From: a cyanobacterium endosymbiont of Rhopalodia gibba
Lineage (GTDB): Bacteria; Cyanobacteriota; Cyanobacteriia; Cyanobacteriales; Microcystaceae
Assembly: GCA_045159875.1 (NCBI GenBank)
Contig: CP067995.1
Span: forward strand, 1,952,001 to 2,016,000
Length of the DNA: 64,000 bases
Reading direction: 5' to 3'
A model generated the notes under the pieces. The model saw only the letters and a program-made list of their open reading frames with translations. It searched no databases and had not been told where the DNA came from. Both the position numbers and the translations under genes were made by a program. Positions within the stretch are counted from its first letter, which is position 1. Each line of letters starts with the position of its first letter. Positions 22,975-35,249 of the stretch are shown piece after piece.

Positions 22975-23047
22975 TGGAGAATAGGGGAATCGAACCCCTG
23001 ACCTCTGCGGTGCGATCGCAGCACTCTACCGACTGAGCTAATTCCCC
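22975..23047 (-). tRNA. tRNA-Ala(CGC)
   Basis: Reverse complement GGGGAATTAGCTCAGTCGGTAGAGTGCTGCGATCGCACCGCAGAGGTCAGGGGTTCGATTCCCCTATTCTCCA: cloverleaf, G3:U70, anticodon CGC. Confidence 0.96.
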
Positions 23048-23080
23048 ATAAGGTTTTACAACCCATTATCATAACATTGA

Positions 23081-23374
23081 ATGCTCGTATTTGTTATCTT
23101 ATGTAATTTTCTGCTAACAATTCTTGATTTTTATCTTGTTTTTCGTCTCTGGAAAATTCATCGTCTCCTTGTTAAGGTTACTAAAATCTCAACAAGGATC
23201 GAACAACATACCAACTATATTTTCAAGCAGGTCTCTGTGGTGATTATGGATAGACAACTCCAAACTTATCAAGTCAGAGAACTATATCAAGAACTAACTT
23301 GGAAACTTCAAAAACTGCAACAAAGTCTACAGTTGATCAATCTAGGATTATACCTTTGGAGACGTTATTTTTGA
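23081..23374 (+). CDS. Hypothetical protein, N-terminal TM helix plus coiled coil
   Basis: 97 aa ATG-initiated ORF divergent from tRNA-Ala. Confidence 0.55.
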   Translation: MLVFVILCNFLLTILDFYLVFRLWKIHRLLVKVTKISTRIEQHTNYIFKQVSVVIMDRQLQTYQVRELYQELTWKLQKLQQSLQLINLGLYLWRRYF

Positions 23375-23551
23375 ATAGTAATAGATAAAATACTAATATC
23401 TATATAGTTTAGTTATTTAGTTAAATTTTAAACCGGTTAATTTATTTGTAATTTACACATTAAGCAGTTTTGATAGATTGACATAGACTTTTTATAGTAT
23501 GATATCAACATTTATATTTGTGTTAATAAAAAAATAATTATTTAACGCTAT

Positions 23552-23586
23552 TGTTATTAAGTTTTTATAATAAAAACTTAATAACA
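23552..23586. repeat. 35-bp palindrome with 1-nt centre
   Basis: TGTTATTAAGTTTTTAT-A-ATAAAAACTTAATAACA. Confidence 0.85.
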
Positions 23587-24895
23587 GCTAACATATTATT
23601 TAAGGGTTTTGACCCCGAGAGCAAAATTAAACTAATTCACCAAGAAATGTGTAATCTATTAAAATAGAGAGTAAAGGGCTGAAAATAAAAAATAGATTAG
23701 TAGATACTGTTTGTAAAAATGCAAGTACAATACGAAAAGTAATTCTATTTTTTTTTGTGTATGTTTATTTGCAAATCTTAATCTTAGGAGATGGAATTAT
23801 CTTAATTATTGTATAATCTGCTTATTTTAGTTTTTTACTAGTTAATTGCTACCTTATCTTACTCTACTAAAAGCCATTGTAAGTTAGATTAAAACGATGA
23901 TTTTTATCACAAGTAAATTACTTGGTTTTTTTGCCGCCATATAAATTCTATAAATATGTGCTTTTACAACTTAATTATACCAGATTAATTATTTAATACT
24001 AATTAAGTTTGTTTATACTTATCTCCGATAAAAATCATGAAGTATACGTATAATCCAAGCCATAGATAGTAATTTTTTGATTATTTTCTGTGCGGTTTAA
24101 ATGAATAAATTTTGTACATTAATTTATGGTTAATAATGTTAATATGTCTCAATTTTATTAATTAATAAAGTTAAATTTTCTAATATTTTTTTCCTAGACT
24201 ATCCATACTATTTATGTAAACCAGGATCTCTTAAGTCTTTACTTTTATTAAAATTATTTTTTAGTATTTAAATCAATTTTATATAATATCTAAATCTTTT
24301 TTACTTATGTAAGTTGAATTTATTGATATGTCCAAATACGTTATTCTCTTAACATCTAATGATTTTAAACTAAAATTTTTAGCCTAAAAAATGTAGTAAA
24401 CGATGAGTATGCTTTTTAAAAAATTTCAATATTTTATCTTTATTATTATCATAACTGCTCTATTATAGATGGTTAATTAGTTGATAACTATATTGAATTT
24501 CTTATTTTTTACTTTTATCTCTCAAATTTAAAAACTAATTTTAATATAATGTAATATTACTACCATTTTTTATATCCCACATTTCAGCCTAAAAAATATT
24601 TAATAATTATTGTTTAATAGCTGCTTGGTGAGCGTATCTAGAATTTTATATTCTGAATCAATATTCACGACAACTATTAAAAATATTAATTAAATTATAT
24701 TTTTTGTAATTAATTTTATCTTTATAATTTATATATTTAAATATATCTACTAACCAATAAATTTAATTTGAAAAAATTATCTTATTAACTATTGCTGTTA
24801 CTAACAATAAATTAAAACTAACTTATATAAAATTGTAGGGATAAAAACTATCAATAACCTTGTGCTATTTTATTTTCTTTGCATTATTATTCTTA

Positions 24896-24924
24896 ATAAG
24901 GTGGGCAATAGTTGCCCACCTTAT
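24896..24924 (-). terminator. Hairpin directly after leuS (REP-like GGTGGGCAA..TTGCCCACC)
   Basis: ATAAGGTGGGCAA-TAG-TTGCCCACCTTAT, 13-bp stem 4 nt from the leuS stop. Confidence 0.75.
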
Positions 24925-24928
24925 AATA

Positions 24929-27493
24929 TTATTTAACTACCACAAAATTAACCAATCTTCCGGGTACAACAATAATTTTTTCTACTTCTTTTCCGTCTAA
25001 ATAGTGTTGTGCAATTTCTGACTTATAAGCCAGTTTTTTTAAATCATCTTTGGTTGCAGTTGCTGATACTTGAATAGTTCCCCTTGTTTTACCCATAACT
25101 TGAATAACGAGGGTAATTTCATCCATAGTTAAAGCATCAGAATCAAGTTTTGGCCAACTTGCTAAATGAATAGAGTTTTCATAACCTAAATTGTGCCATA
25201 ATTCTTCAGCAATATGGGGAGCAAACGGCGCAAGTAAAAGTAATAAGGTTTCTATTCCTTCTTGATATACTTCAGAATCTAAACATTTTCCTTCATTGAG
25301 TATATTACTTAACTTCATTAGTTCTGAAACAGCAGTATTAAATTGATAGTTTTCTTTTAAATCTTCGGAGATCTCTTTAATCGCCGTATGGATTGCTCGT
25401 CGTAAGTCTTTTTCAACTTTAGTTAGTTTATTAGTTTTTTTCACTGTTTTAGATTCATTGTTGACATAGTTAGCAACTAGCCGCCAAACTCGATTTAAAA
25501 ACCGAAATTGTCCTTCAACATCTGCATCATTCCATTCTAAATCTTTTTCTGGTGGCGCTTTAAACAGCATAAACATTCGTGCTGTATCTATTCCATATTT
25601 TTCAATTACTTTTTCTGGATTCACTCCATTATATTTAGACTTTGACATCTTTTCATAAAAAACTTCTAATTTATCTCCTGTGCTAGGGTCTTTAGGATAT
25701 TCAGAGTTTACTTGATCTGAGGGAATATACTTACCTGTTTTAGGATTTTTATAAGTTATTGCTTGTACCATTCCTTGAGTTAAAAGACAGTTAAAAGGTT
25801 CATCTACATTAATTAACCCTCTATCTCGCAAAACTTTAGTAAAGAAACGAGAATATAAGAGATGTAAAATGGCATGTTCAATGCCTCCTACATATTGATC
25901 AATGGCCATCCAATTATTAGCTTTTTCTAGGTTAAAAACTTCCTCGTTATTGTTTGCATCGGTGTAGCGTAAATAGTACCAAGAAGAGTCAATAAAAGTG
26001 TCCATTGTATCGGTTTCCCGTTTTGCCGGTTCTCCACAACTGGGACAAGCAACATTGACCCAACTTTCCAATTTTGCCAGAGGAGATGTACCTCGTCCCG
26101 TAAATTTGACATTTTCTGGCAATTTTACAGGTAGATCTTCCTCAGGAACTGCAACTGCACCGCAACTGGGACAATGAATAACAGGAATAGGACACCCCCA
26201 ATAACGCTGACGAGAAATCAACCAATCCCGCAAACGATACTGTATCTTGGCTTTCCCATAGCCTTCTTCTTCTGCATATTTAACAATTGCTGTTTTAGCT
26301 TCTATAGACTGCATTTTATCGAACTTACCCGAATTAACCATAATTCCAGGTTCTGTATATGCTTCTGTTAAGGTGAGGTTAGTATCTTTCGAGTTTTCGG
26401 GAATGATAACAACTTTAATAGGTAACTTCTTCTGGGTTGCAAACTTAAAGTCACGGATGTCATGTGCAGGAACTCCCATCACCGCACCTGTACCATATCC
26501 ATAGAGGACATAATCTGCAATTAAAATGGGTATTTCCTGACCATTAAAAGGGTTTATGGCAATTCCTCCCGTTAAAACCCCACGTTTTGGTTTATCTTCC
26601 GTAGTTCGTTCTATTTCACTTTCGCTAGCAACTGTCTTCGTGAATAAGTCTACTGCTATTTTCTGTTCTTCTGTGGTAACTTTAGGAGTTAAGGGATGTT
26701 CTGGTGCTAAAACCAAGTAGGTTGCACCATACACAGTATCGGGACGAGACGTAAAAATAGCTATCTTCTCTTGACTTCTTTTGACAGGAAATTCTAAATA
26801 TGCCCCCACAGACTTGCCGATCCAGTTTTCTTGCATCAATTTAACGCGCTCAGGCCATCCAGGGAGTTTTTCGAGATCGTTTAATAATTGTTCCGCATAG
26901 TTAGTAATTTTAAAGAACCACTGACGCAATTGTCTTCGTTCCACTTTAGCGCCTGACCGCCAGGAATAACCTTCACTATCCACCTGTTCATTCGCTAATA
27001 CGGTTTGGTCGATGGGGTCCCAATTAACCGCCGCTTCCTTCTGATAAGCTAACCCTGCTTGATAAAATTGTAAAAACAGCCATTGTGTCCATTTATAATA
27101 GTCAGGAGAACAAGTTACTAGCTCTAAATCCCAGTCTATAGACAGTCCCAAAGTTTGCAATTGTTGCTTCATTTGGGCGATGTTTTTGTATGTCCACTCT
27201 GCAGGGTGAATACCGCGCTCAATGGCTGCATTTTCAGCCGGAAGTCCAAACGCATCCCACCCCATCGGGTGTAAGACACGATATCCTTGCAATCGCTTGA
27301 GACGGGCAATAACATCAGTTATAACATAGTTGCGAACATGACCCATGTGTAGGTTTCCCGAAGGGTAGGGAAACATAGATAAGGCATAAAATTTTGGTTT
27401 ATCGCTGTTCTCTAGGGTTTTATTTAACCCCCGTTCAAGCCAGTCCTGTTGCCATTTTTGTTCGATTGCTACTGCCTTATATTGAGACTCCAC
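24929..27493 (-). CDS. leuS: Leucine--tRNA ligase
   Basis: [13 protein letters not shown] (HIGH), [31 protein letters not shown]. Confidence 0.98.
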   Translation of the reverse strand: MESQYKAVAIEQKWQQDWLERGLNKTLENSDKPKFYALSMFPYPSGNLHMGHVRNYVITDVIARLKRLQGYRVLHPMGWDAFGLPAENAAIERGIHPAEWTYKNIAQMKQQLQTLGLSIDWDLELVTCSPDYYKWTQWLFLQFYQAGLAYQKEAAVNWDPIDQTVLANEQVDSEGYSWRSGAKVERRQLRQWFFKITNYAEQLLNDLEKLPGWPERVKLMQENWIGKSVGAYLEFPVKRSQEKIAIFTSRPDTVYGATYLVLAPEHPLTPKVTTEEQKIAVDLFTKTVASESEIERTTEDKPKRGVLTGGIAINPFNGQEIPILIADYVLYGYGTGAVMGVPAHDIRDFKFATQKKLPIKVVIIPENSKDTNLTLTEAYTEPGIMVNSGKFDKMQSIEAKTAIVKYAEEEGYGKAKIQYRLRDWLISRQRYWGCPIPVIHCPSCGAVAVPEEDLPVKLPENVKFTGRGTSPLAKLESWVNVACPSCGEPAKRETDTMDTFIDSSWYYLRYTDANNNEEVFNLEKANNWMAIDQYVGGIEHAILHLLYSRFFTKVLRDRGLINVDEPFNCLLTQGMVQAITYKNPKTGKYIPSDQVNSEYPKDPSTGDKLEVFYEKMSKSKYNGVNPEKVIEKYGIDTARMFMLFKAPPEKDLEWNDADVEGQFRFLNRVWRLVANYVNNESKTVKKTNKLTKVEKDLRRAIHTAIKEISEDLKENYQFNTAVSELMKLSNILNEGKCLDSEVYQEGIETLLLLLAPFAPHIAEELWHNLGYENSIHLASWPKLDSDALTMDEITLVIQVMGKTRGTIQVSATATKDDLKKLAYKSEIAQHYLDGKEVEKIIVVPGRLVNFVVVK

Positions 27494-27587
27494 GAATGTT
27501 CCTCCACCGTTAACATTTTTCCATAATCAATTATCCATGATTGTCGAAGGAAGTTCAGAAGTTTGAAGTTTTCAAGTCAGAAGTTTT

Positions 27588-27869
27588 TATCAGTTGTTGT
27601 CGGGATGAGATAAGCAAGCAAGAATTTCTGTCATTCCAGATGATTGTTTATCTATCTGCTCGGAGTGTCGATAAAAACCTAATTGTATTTTTTAATAGTT
27701 AAGGCATTGAACAGGTTAATCATCCTAATAGTTTACAAAATATTCTGTCTGCTTGCCATTCGTTCCCATCTTCGCACTATTTTTTAAAAAATTAAACAAA
27801 ATCATTTGTTAATGATTTAATGGCGCGAACGCTATGCTCAACTATTTTTTGAAATCATTATCAGACATA
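27588..27869 (-). pseudogene. Degraded small coiled-coil hypothetical protein
   Basis: Broken frames read MSDNDFKK.IVEHSVRAIKSLTND...EWQADR...FYRHSEQID..MTEILACL, resembling a common cyanobacterial hypothetical. Confidence 0.3.
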
Positions 27870-28650
27870 GGTTAATTTTTAATGTAATACATTTTCATTT
27901 TATTTGGAGAAATTTATAATAGTAAAAGTGATACCGTAATTATCTGTCATTGTGTCGCTCTAAAATTTAGAAGTTAAAATTGGATAATTGAATTACTCAA
28001 ATTTTAAAGATAAAGAACAGTTATTTTTGGCTTGTTTCAGTATTTATTTTTAAAATAAATATTGCTTCTCTAATGTATTTTTAAAAATTTTTATTTTTTT
28101 AGTCACGGAAATATAACATTCTTGTCACAATTAAAAATTAAAACAAAAATAAGTTTACAGTATGCTCAATAGATGAATGAAATTCAAAAACTAAGAACAG
28201 ACCAAAACTATAACTATATAATTGGTTAAAACTAAACAGATATTGGAATAAATAATTAAACAATTATCACAGCCCAAGTCATCTATTATTTGTAGACTAA
28301 AAGGTGCTAGTAAGAAACGAGAATATTGTAGTTATCTATCCCAATCTAAAATTACTTAGATTTAACTTGTACTTGTCCTGATTTATAATTGGCTGCCAAC
28401 AATTAGGCAAATGCTATTAATAAATAGATAGAGCGTAACATATCTACTTGTAACTTGACTTCTGTAACTATCAATAATTGTTAATTTATGACTCTGCTTG
28501 TTATCCTGAGTCAGGATCTCATACTTCCTCATTATTTTCAAGTTAATCTTAATTCTATGAATTTATATAACATTATAACTAAACTCATCCTTGTATAATC
28601 ATATAATACTGTGGTATAGTGAGGAGTTGTTCCAAATTTGTCCTGAGTTC

Positions 28651-28854
28651 ATGCCTAAACTAAAAACCCGCAAAGCTGCCGCTAAGCGTTTTCGTCCAAC
28701 TGGAAGTGGTAAAAAGATTTTTCGTCGAAAAGCTTTTAAAAACCACTTACTACAACATAAAAGTTCAGAGTGCAAGTATCGTCGCCTATCCCAACTGTCT
28801 TTGGTCAGCGAACAAGATGAACCAAATGTACGTCTAATGCTCCCTTATATTTAA
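28651..28854 (+). CDS. rpmI: 50S ribosomal protein L35
   Basis: [14 protein letters not shown]...[13 protein letters not shown] at 28651 preferred over the upstream TTG. Confidence 0.97.
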   Translation: MPKLKTRKAAAKRFRPTGSGKKIFRRKAFKNHLLQHKSSECKYRRLSQLSLVSEQDEPNVRLMLPYI

Positions 28855-28931
28855 GGGAAAGGTGTAAGAATATAATCACTGAAACCTAACTCACACGACA
28901 ACTGTTTAGAAAATTAAGTAGAGAGTTATTT

Positions 28932-29285
28932 ATGACAAGGGTAAAACGGGGCAATGTTGCTCGCAAGCGCCGTAAGAAAATTCTCAAATTAGCCAAAGGG
29001 TTTAGAGGATCTCACTCTAAACTATTCCGTATTGCGAATCAACAGGTAATGAAGGCTTTGCGGAATGCTTACCGCGATCGCCGGAAACGGAAACGGGACT
29101 TTCGCCGTCTGTGGATTACTCGGATTAATGCTGCGGCACGGATGTACGGGGTGAGTTATAGTCAACTTACTGGACAACTAAAAAAAGCCAATATTGAACT
29201 TAACCGTAAGGTGTTAGCGCAATTAGCCATTACAGATCCCCAAGCGTTTGAAAAAGTAGTCGAAATGGCCAAAACAGCTAAATGA
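28932..29285 (+). CDS. rplT: 50S ribosomal protein L20
   Basis: [26 protein letters not shown]...[14 protein letters not shown]. Confidence 0.98.
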   Translation: MTRVKRGNVARKRRKKILKLAKGFRGSHSKLFRIANQQVMKALRNAYRDRRKRKRDFRRLWITRINAAARMYGVSYSQLTGQLKKANIELNRKVLAQLAITDPQAFEKVVEMAKTAK

Positions 29286-29419
29286 TTAAAATGGAGTCAA
29301 AAGCTGAAAATTCGGTTAATTGAGTAAGATTCGCTGTAATTCATCAGTCAACGAATGAGGTCAGACATTAGAAGTAAAACTTTTATGGGACAATAACAAA
29401 GGCGGTATGTAGAATAACT

Positions 29420-30733
29420 ATGAGTGAACCCCCCAAAATTATTGTCCTTGATGATGACCCCACAGGTTCTCAAACAGTACATAGTTGTTTGCTGCTGATG
29501 CATTGGGATATCGACACTCTGCGGTTGGGTTTAACAGATAAAGTTCCCATTTTCTTTGTTCTCACCAATACGAGAGCATTAACTCCAGAAGATGCTGCTA
29601 CTCTTACGAAAGAAGTTTGTCACAATCTAAAATTAGCTGTTAAAGCAGAGGGAGTTGAAGATTTCCTAGTAGTTAGTAGGTCTGATTCTACACTACGGGG
29701 ACATTATCCCATCGAAATCGATGTTATTACCCAGGAATTAGGTGGATTTGATGCTCATTTTCTTATCCCTGCTTTTTTTGAAGGGGGAAGAGTAACCTGT
29801 GATAGCATTCATTATCTACACACGAATGGCGTCCCTATCCCTGTTCATGAGACAGAATTCGCAAAAGATTCTGTTTTTGGCTATCACCACAGTTATCTTC
29901 CTGACTATGTGGAAGAAAAAACTAATGGACGTATTAAAGCAGTAGAAGTAAAACGATTTTTACTCCGGGATATTCGTCAAGGAAGCGTAGAAAGATTAAT
30001 GGAATTAAAGAGAAATCAATGTGTGGTTGTTGATGGAGAAAACCAACAAGATTTAGATCAATTTGCACAAGATTTACTGACTGCAGCAGCATCGGGTAAA
30101 CGATTTTTACTTCGTAGTGCAGCTAGCATTCTAACGTCTTTGGCACAATTGGGATTTCAACCGATCGCCCCCGAAGAAATGAATAAGTATAAACCTACCA
30201 TCAACCCGGGGGTTGTTTTAGTGGGATCTCATGTCGAAAAAACTACTCAGCAGCTCAAACAATTACTAAAAGAAGAAGATGTAGTAGGAATTGAAATAGA
30301 TGTTAAACAGTTGCGAGATAATCCTAATCGACGAGAAAGTCTCCTAGCAAAAACTTTAGATAAGGTCAAGGTAGTCTACCAAGAAAATAAAACCCCGGTG
30401 ATATATACCAGTCGAGAAGAATTAACCTTTAAAAATGCACAAAACCGCTTGGATTTTGGGGTTGAGGTGTCTGGTTTATTGACGGATGTGGTGCAAGGGT
30501 TGCCCCATAATATCGGGTTTTTAATTAGTAAAGGAGGTATTACATCTAATGATATCCTCAGTAACGGACTAAACTTACGATCAGTCCGCTTGTTGGGTCA
30601 GGTTTTAGCAGGATGTTCGATGGTAAGAACATCAATAGATCACCCAATCTTTCCTAATTTACCGGTAGTTTTATTTCCTGGTAATGTGGGAGATGATCAA
30701 GGGTTAGTTAAAGTATATCGCCGCTTAAGTTAG
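29420..30733 (+). CDS. Four-carbon acid sugar kinase family protein (DUF1537)
   Basis: IIVLDDDPTGSQTVH, SRSDSTLRGH, LVGSHV, SKGGITS, FPGNVG. Confidence 0.9.
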   Translation: MSEPPKIIVLDDDPTGSQTVHSCLLLMHWDIDTLRLGLTDKVPIFFVLTNTRALTPEDAATLTKEVCHNLKLAVKAEGVEDFLVVSRSDSTLRGHYPIEIDVITQELGGFDAHFLIPAFFEGGRVTCDSIHYLHTNGVPIPVHETEFAKDSVFGYHHSYLPDYVEEKTNGRIKAVEVKRFLLRDIRQGSVERLMELKRNQCVVVDGENQQDLDQFAQDLLTAAASGKRFLLRSAASILTSLAQLGFQPIAPEEMNKYKPTINPGVVLVGSHVEKTTQQLKQLLKEEDVVGIEIDVKQLRDNPNRRESLLAKTLDKVKVVYQENKTPVIYTSREELTFKNAQNRLDFGVEVSGLLTDVVQGLPHNIGFLISKGGITSNDILSNGLNLRSVRLLGQVLAGCSMVRTSIDHPIFPNLPVVLFPGNVGDDQGLVKVYRRLS

Positions 30734-30872
30734 AATTTGAGGTTAGCTGAATAGATACTTCATCAAAAAGCCAAATTTAAAGGACTAAACTTGAAGTTTT
30801 AGTTTTCCAAAAAATATCTCAAAAATTAAAATTTTTTTAGGATTAACTTTGTTACGTAGATCTGAATCAAAA

Positions 30873-30917
30873 GGTGAGGGTGAACTACTAAGAGGCAATC
30901 AGTAATTCACCCTCACC
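30873..30917. terminator. Hairpin between convergent genes
   Basis: GGTGAGGGTGAACTACT-N11-AGTAATTCACCCTCACC (17-bp stem, one mismatch). Confidence 0.65.
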
Positions 30918-31024
30918 AAGCTTGTCGATGTTTATAATAACAATAATAAAATTCTTGCCATTGCCCACGGCAACTTTCTCCCATCACAGGAAAAAGTCGG
31001 TTGATTTACACTTGCCTCACTCTA

Positions 31025-33637
31025 TTAGCAACACCACGACAGTAAAGACAACACAGTGCCATCCAGTGAACGCCGTTTAAGTCCAAGTGATCGTAATTCC
31101 TGTTTAGAAATCTGCTCTAACATATAAATCACTTGTTTAGGTTTTAATGCTGTCCCATCATTGCGACAACTCCCTAAATATCTCAACATAACAGAATTAT
31201 CGGCATTCTGAGATTCTAGGGACAAACTAAATAAGCGCTCTCTCAAATTCACTATAATTTTCTGACCAGATTTTGTAGTCTTTTACCAACTAATTTCCGT
31301 ACAATTATTTACCTGCTCAATCCAATGTTGCCATTGTCCTAATGAGAATAACTCATGGGTTTTTACAGTAATTAAATAAGCGGCTTTGTCTAATAACTGA
31401 GTAGTTGCTAAGAATTTAACTAAAATTTCTTAAACTTGATAAATTGGAATATCTGACGGAAGTTGTCTCGATAAAACTTGAAGAAATTATCCAAGTTTTA
31501 TTCTTTAAGTCAATTCAAAAGCAACAATTTATACAATACTTGTAATTCTTAAACTTAAAGCATTTGCAATCGAAACTCTAGGTACAGGGTGATATCCCCC
31601 TGTACAAGAAATTGGTAATGCCCCACGACGGATTCCCCGCTTCAATAATCTGACTAAATCTAAATGACTGACTAAGGCCATTTCCCCGACTTTGCCAAAC
31701 CAAACTCGTATGCGTTGTGCCCTATTTTGATTGGGTTGGAACTTTCCCTGAAACTCAGGAATTGGCGGAGGTTCTATTGCTATATTATGACCAAAATTTG
31801 GTCCACACACTCCACAATTAGAGCAACTATTAAAGGCACAATCAGGTACAGTTGCTGCTTCTAAAGTCTGTTTTAAGTCTTCTTTTAGCCAGGCTTTGTT
31901 AATTCCCATATCAAGATGCTCCCAAGGTAAGGCTACGTCATAATGATCTACCGCTTCAAAAACATTCCATTCTCCATTCTTAACTTGACGGTATTTCCAG
32001 GTTAACTCCGCCTCGTCGATGGCTTGTTCCCAAACAGAATGGGCTTGATCTGCGTTTTCCCACCAAAAATCCATTCTTGCTCCCAATTCCCAAGCACGAT
32101 GTACCACAGGGGACAAACGGCGAGCACTGCGTCCAACAAAATCCTCCATAGCAGAGATACGAATATCGGTGTAATTAACTTTAACTCCCCGAACTTTACG
32201 AAACGCTTCTCTTAATAATTCTTGTTAACGAAGAAATTCACTGGTAGATACCGAATGCCATTGAAAGGGAGTGTGGGGTTTAGGAGTAAAGTTAGAAATC
32301 GTTAAGGTAAGTTGGAGTGCTCGCTTACCCCTAGGACGACATTCTCGTTTTAACCAGCGCACAGTTTCTACAATGCCAAGCACATCAAGAGCCGTTTCCC
32401 CTGGCAGGCTAATCATAAAATAGAGTTTAATTTTATGATTGGCCTTGCTCAACAGCGGTTTTGATACTCCTAAGTAATTCTTCGTTGGTTAACCATTTAT
32501 TAAGCACATCCCGTAGCCTTTGGGTTCCTGTCTCGGGGGCAAAGGTTAACCCTGACTGACGAATTCCTCCAATGATGTTGGCGATATTTTCATCAAGGCG
32601 ATATTTTCATCAAAGCGATCAACTCGTTGACTGTGTAAGGACAAAGAAATATTTTCTCCTTTAAGACGGTTTTTAATTTCTAATCCTACTGATTAGAGAG
32701 AAAGATAGTCGGAACAGCTTAACGAAAGTAGGGAAAATTCGTTATGGACTGTCTGACGAATTCCTTCTTCAAGGGTATTAATGATTTGTTCAAGTTCTAC
32801 ATCTCGTGCCGGACGGGTCAACATTCCGGGTTGGCAAAAACGACAGCCCCGGGTACATCCTCGACGTACTTCTAATATTAGGCATGTATGGTTTATACGA
32901 AGGGAACAAACCCAATTGAGTAAGCAGGAAGAGGGGTTGCTACTCTTCGTAAAATTCTTCTAGGAACATCGGGACGGTTAGGATAGACTGAACTATCTTC
33001 AGCCACATCATAGAAACGAGGGACGTAAACCCCTGAAACTTGGGTTAAATCTAAGAGGAAGTCTTCTCTACTCAAGTTGTTGTTTTTTTCCTCTTCGATC
33101 ACTAAGCCAATTTCTGGAAGTAATTCTTCCCCATCTCCTAAAGCGATAAAATCGAAAAAGTCGGAAAATAGTTCTGGGTTAGAGGTTGCAGTTTGTCCTC
33201 CTGCAAAAATCAAAGGATAATCTCCATGATTGTGTTCTTGCTAAGTTAGAGGAATTTGAGCTAAATTAAGTATTTCTAGAACATTAGTTACCACTAACTC
33301 ATAGTTGAGGTTAAATCCCAAAATATCAAACTCAGTGAGGGAACGACGAGATTCCAGGGCAAATAGGGAAGTTTTGGAATTTCGTAGTTTAGTGGCTAAA
33401 TCTAGAGCGGGGAGGTAAGCGCGGTCGCATAATTGTCTGGGTTGAGCATTTAGGATATTGTAGAGGATAATATGACCTAAATTAGAAGCTCCAAGTTCGT
33501 AAATTTCTGGATAGGTAAGAACCCAATACACATCCGCTTTAGCCCAAGGTTTATGCTTGGCTCCCAATTCATTGCCTAGGTAACGGGCAGGTTTATTGAT
33601 CTCAGGGGGTAGTTAGTTTTTCTATTGCAACTGTCAT
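31025..33637 (-). pseudogene. Fragmented B12-binding radical SAM protein (TIGR03960-like) with C-terminal DUF2344/TIGR03936-like domain
   Basis: Collinear fragments: KPARYLGNELGAKHKPW, YPEIYELGASNLG, FAGGQTATSNPE, RRGCTRGCRFCQPG (CxxxCxxC), KLYFMISLPGE, SNFTPKPHTPFQW, CSNCGVCG, SHLDLVRL; broken by several frameshifts and stops. Confidence 0.93.
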
Positions 33638-33725
33638 AATAAAACCTCCGGCACTTAGACTTCAGGATAAAACCCTGTCGCTTTTCTAAATATATACCGG
33701 AAGTTTTGGGAGATGAGATACAAGT

Positions 33726-34085
33726 TTAGGCTGCTACAGCATTGGGCATTAACAATTCAAACTGACGACGATTCTCAAAAATTTCTAGAGCCTTATCTAA
33801 CTGGGTTAGCTCAAAGACTATACGCACCGAGGGTTCTAAGGAACACACACTGAACCGCTTGCCCAAACTTTCAGCTAAAGAATAGACATACACTAATGCC
33901 ATTAATCCTGCACTGTCAAGAAACCCCACACTGTGCATATCGATCAAAAAGGTAGAATGCTTGGAAGAAATTATCGCTTGAGTTAGTTCCTGTTGAAAAC
34001 TAGCTGCATTGGCAGCTGTGATGTAGCCACTGGGCTCAAGGATAGCTAGTTCGTGATCAATAAAATTACTCCTCATCATTGCCAT
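33726..34085 (-). CDS. STAS domain anti-sigma factor antagonist
   Basis: LIDMHSVGFLDSAGL (phospho-Ser motif), VRIVFELTQLD. Confidence 0.9.
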   Translation of the reverse strand: MAMMRSNFIDHELAILEPSGYITAANAASFQQELTQAIISSKHSTFLIDMHSVGFLDSAGLMALVYVYSLAESLGKRFSVCSLEPSVRIVFELTQLDKALEIFENRRQFELLMPNAVAA

Positions 34086-34575
34086 GTATCCTCTGTTTAA
34101 AGCAGTTTCCGTGATTAATGTGTACTCAGATTATAACCAGTTATCTTGGAAAAACAGTTAATCGAAATCAGTTACTTAATTGCAACTTAACTTTAGAGAG
34201 TTAGGTAACATCAATGTCTAGTCTTATAATTTAGTTATTCCTGGTCAACGAGAAAATTAGTTTCCTTCACATTAGAAATTTTTACCAAATTCTAGTTAAC
34301 TTTAGTGATTTTTTCAGCAGATATAGATTCTTCGGATTGTTTTGAGTCAAATTCCCAATTTTAAATCTTAAACTGGTCCACAGTTAAAATTTTATAGATA
34401 AAAAGTTGAAAATTCTACTAAAGTTAGTAAAATCTGGACTGCTTAAACTAGTCGATGACCTCAGTATGAGTCCGGAACAACGGACCATTTATAGTAAATT
34501 GGCTGTATAGCTTGTGTCTTGTTCGTCATCATTAAGAGATGACAATTCGACAGATTCTGCGTTGCTTTAATCTAA

Positions 34576-34605
34576 TTTTTAATCTAATTAAGATTAGATT
34601 AAAAA
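34576..34605. repeat. 13-bp inverted repeat with 4-nt loop
   Basis: TTTTTAATCTAAT-TAAG-ATTAGATTAAAAA, preceded by a direct copy of TTTAATCTAAT. Confidence 0.6.
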
Positions 34606-34683
34606 ATGAACAAAAACACAAATTTTAGTTGCATAAAGTTGTCTAAACCTATTCACTATTAGTTTAGACTTCGATATCATGTA

Positions 34684-35192
34684 ATGATGATGGTGACTAA
34701 AACCTATACGCAAACTGTTAATAATGGCAAATATTGCTGTGGATACGATAGTTATTCGGTTTTTTTGCTGAGATTGCGATCACTTTAATATTTAATTTGA
34801 ACTACAACACGGAACAACTCATAATTCTTGATATTATTTGAGGAAATAGGCTTGTGTTAGTTGATACATCCCACGCTAGATTCAGTCAGCTTTTCTTCGA
34901 TACGTTAACGGAGATTGCTCTGTCCACTATTGGTTATTTAACTATAGAAAGCTTTATCCTAATAAATTAGTCAGAGACATCTTAGAGTCAGCCCCAAAGG
35001 TTACTGTTATGAGTTCTGAAGTAGAGCTCTAATCTCTCAAAGAATGTGTTCATCAACCATTTAAAAGTATACTTGTCAAAAGTGGAGAAACGACAGACTT
35101 AGGGAAAAGTCATTTCTTAACATTAGTGAATACACTGAGTTTAGCTGGGCTTGATACCATTTAAATTTATGACTACGGAACCCAAGCTCTAT
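34684..35192 (+). pseudogene. N-terminal remnant of a flavodiiron protein (Flv2/Flv3 type)
   Basis: Broken frames read NIAVDTIVIR..DCDHFNI*FELQHGTTHNS..VLVDTSHARFSQLFFDTL..VRDILESAPKVTV..CVHQPFKSILVKSGETTDLGKSH..DTI*IYD, matching DRDRFDIEFGLQNGTTYNS/VDTSH/VHQPF of Flv2/3; truncated after about 170 codons. Confidence 0.85.
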
Positions 35193-35249
35193 AAATTTTT
35201 AACCTATTAATGAGATAACCTTTATGAAATTAAATTCCAAAAATGAATA

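Noticed and set aside
28433..28445. NtcA box
   Set aside because: Spacing is GTA-N7-TAC rather than N8; no convincing NtcA site was seen in the promoters inspected
28591..28650. N-terminal extension of L35 and missing infC
   Set aside because: ATG at 28651 gives canonical L35; infC is commonly unlinked from rpmI-rplT in cyanobacteria
31025..33637. Programmed frameshifting or split functional genes
   Set aside because: Too many independent breaks, including in-frame stops and a 17-bp duplication
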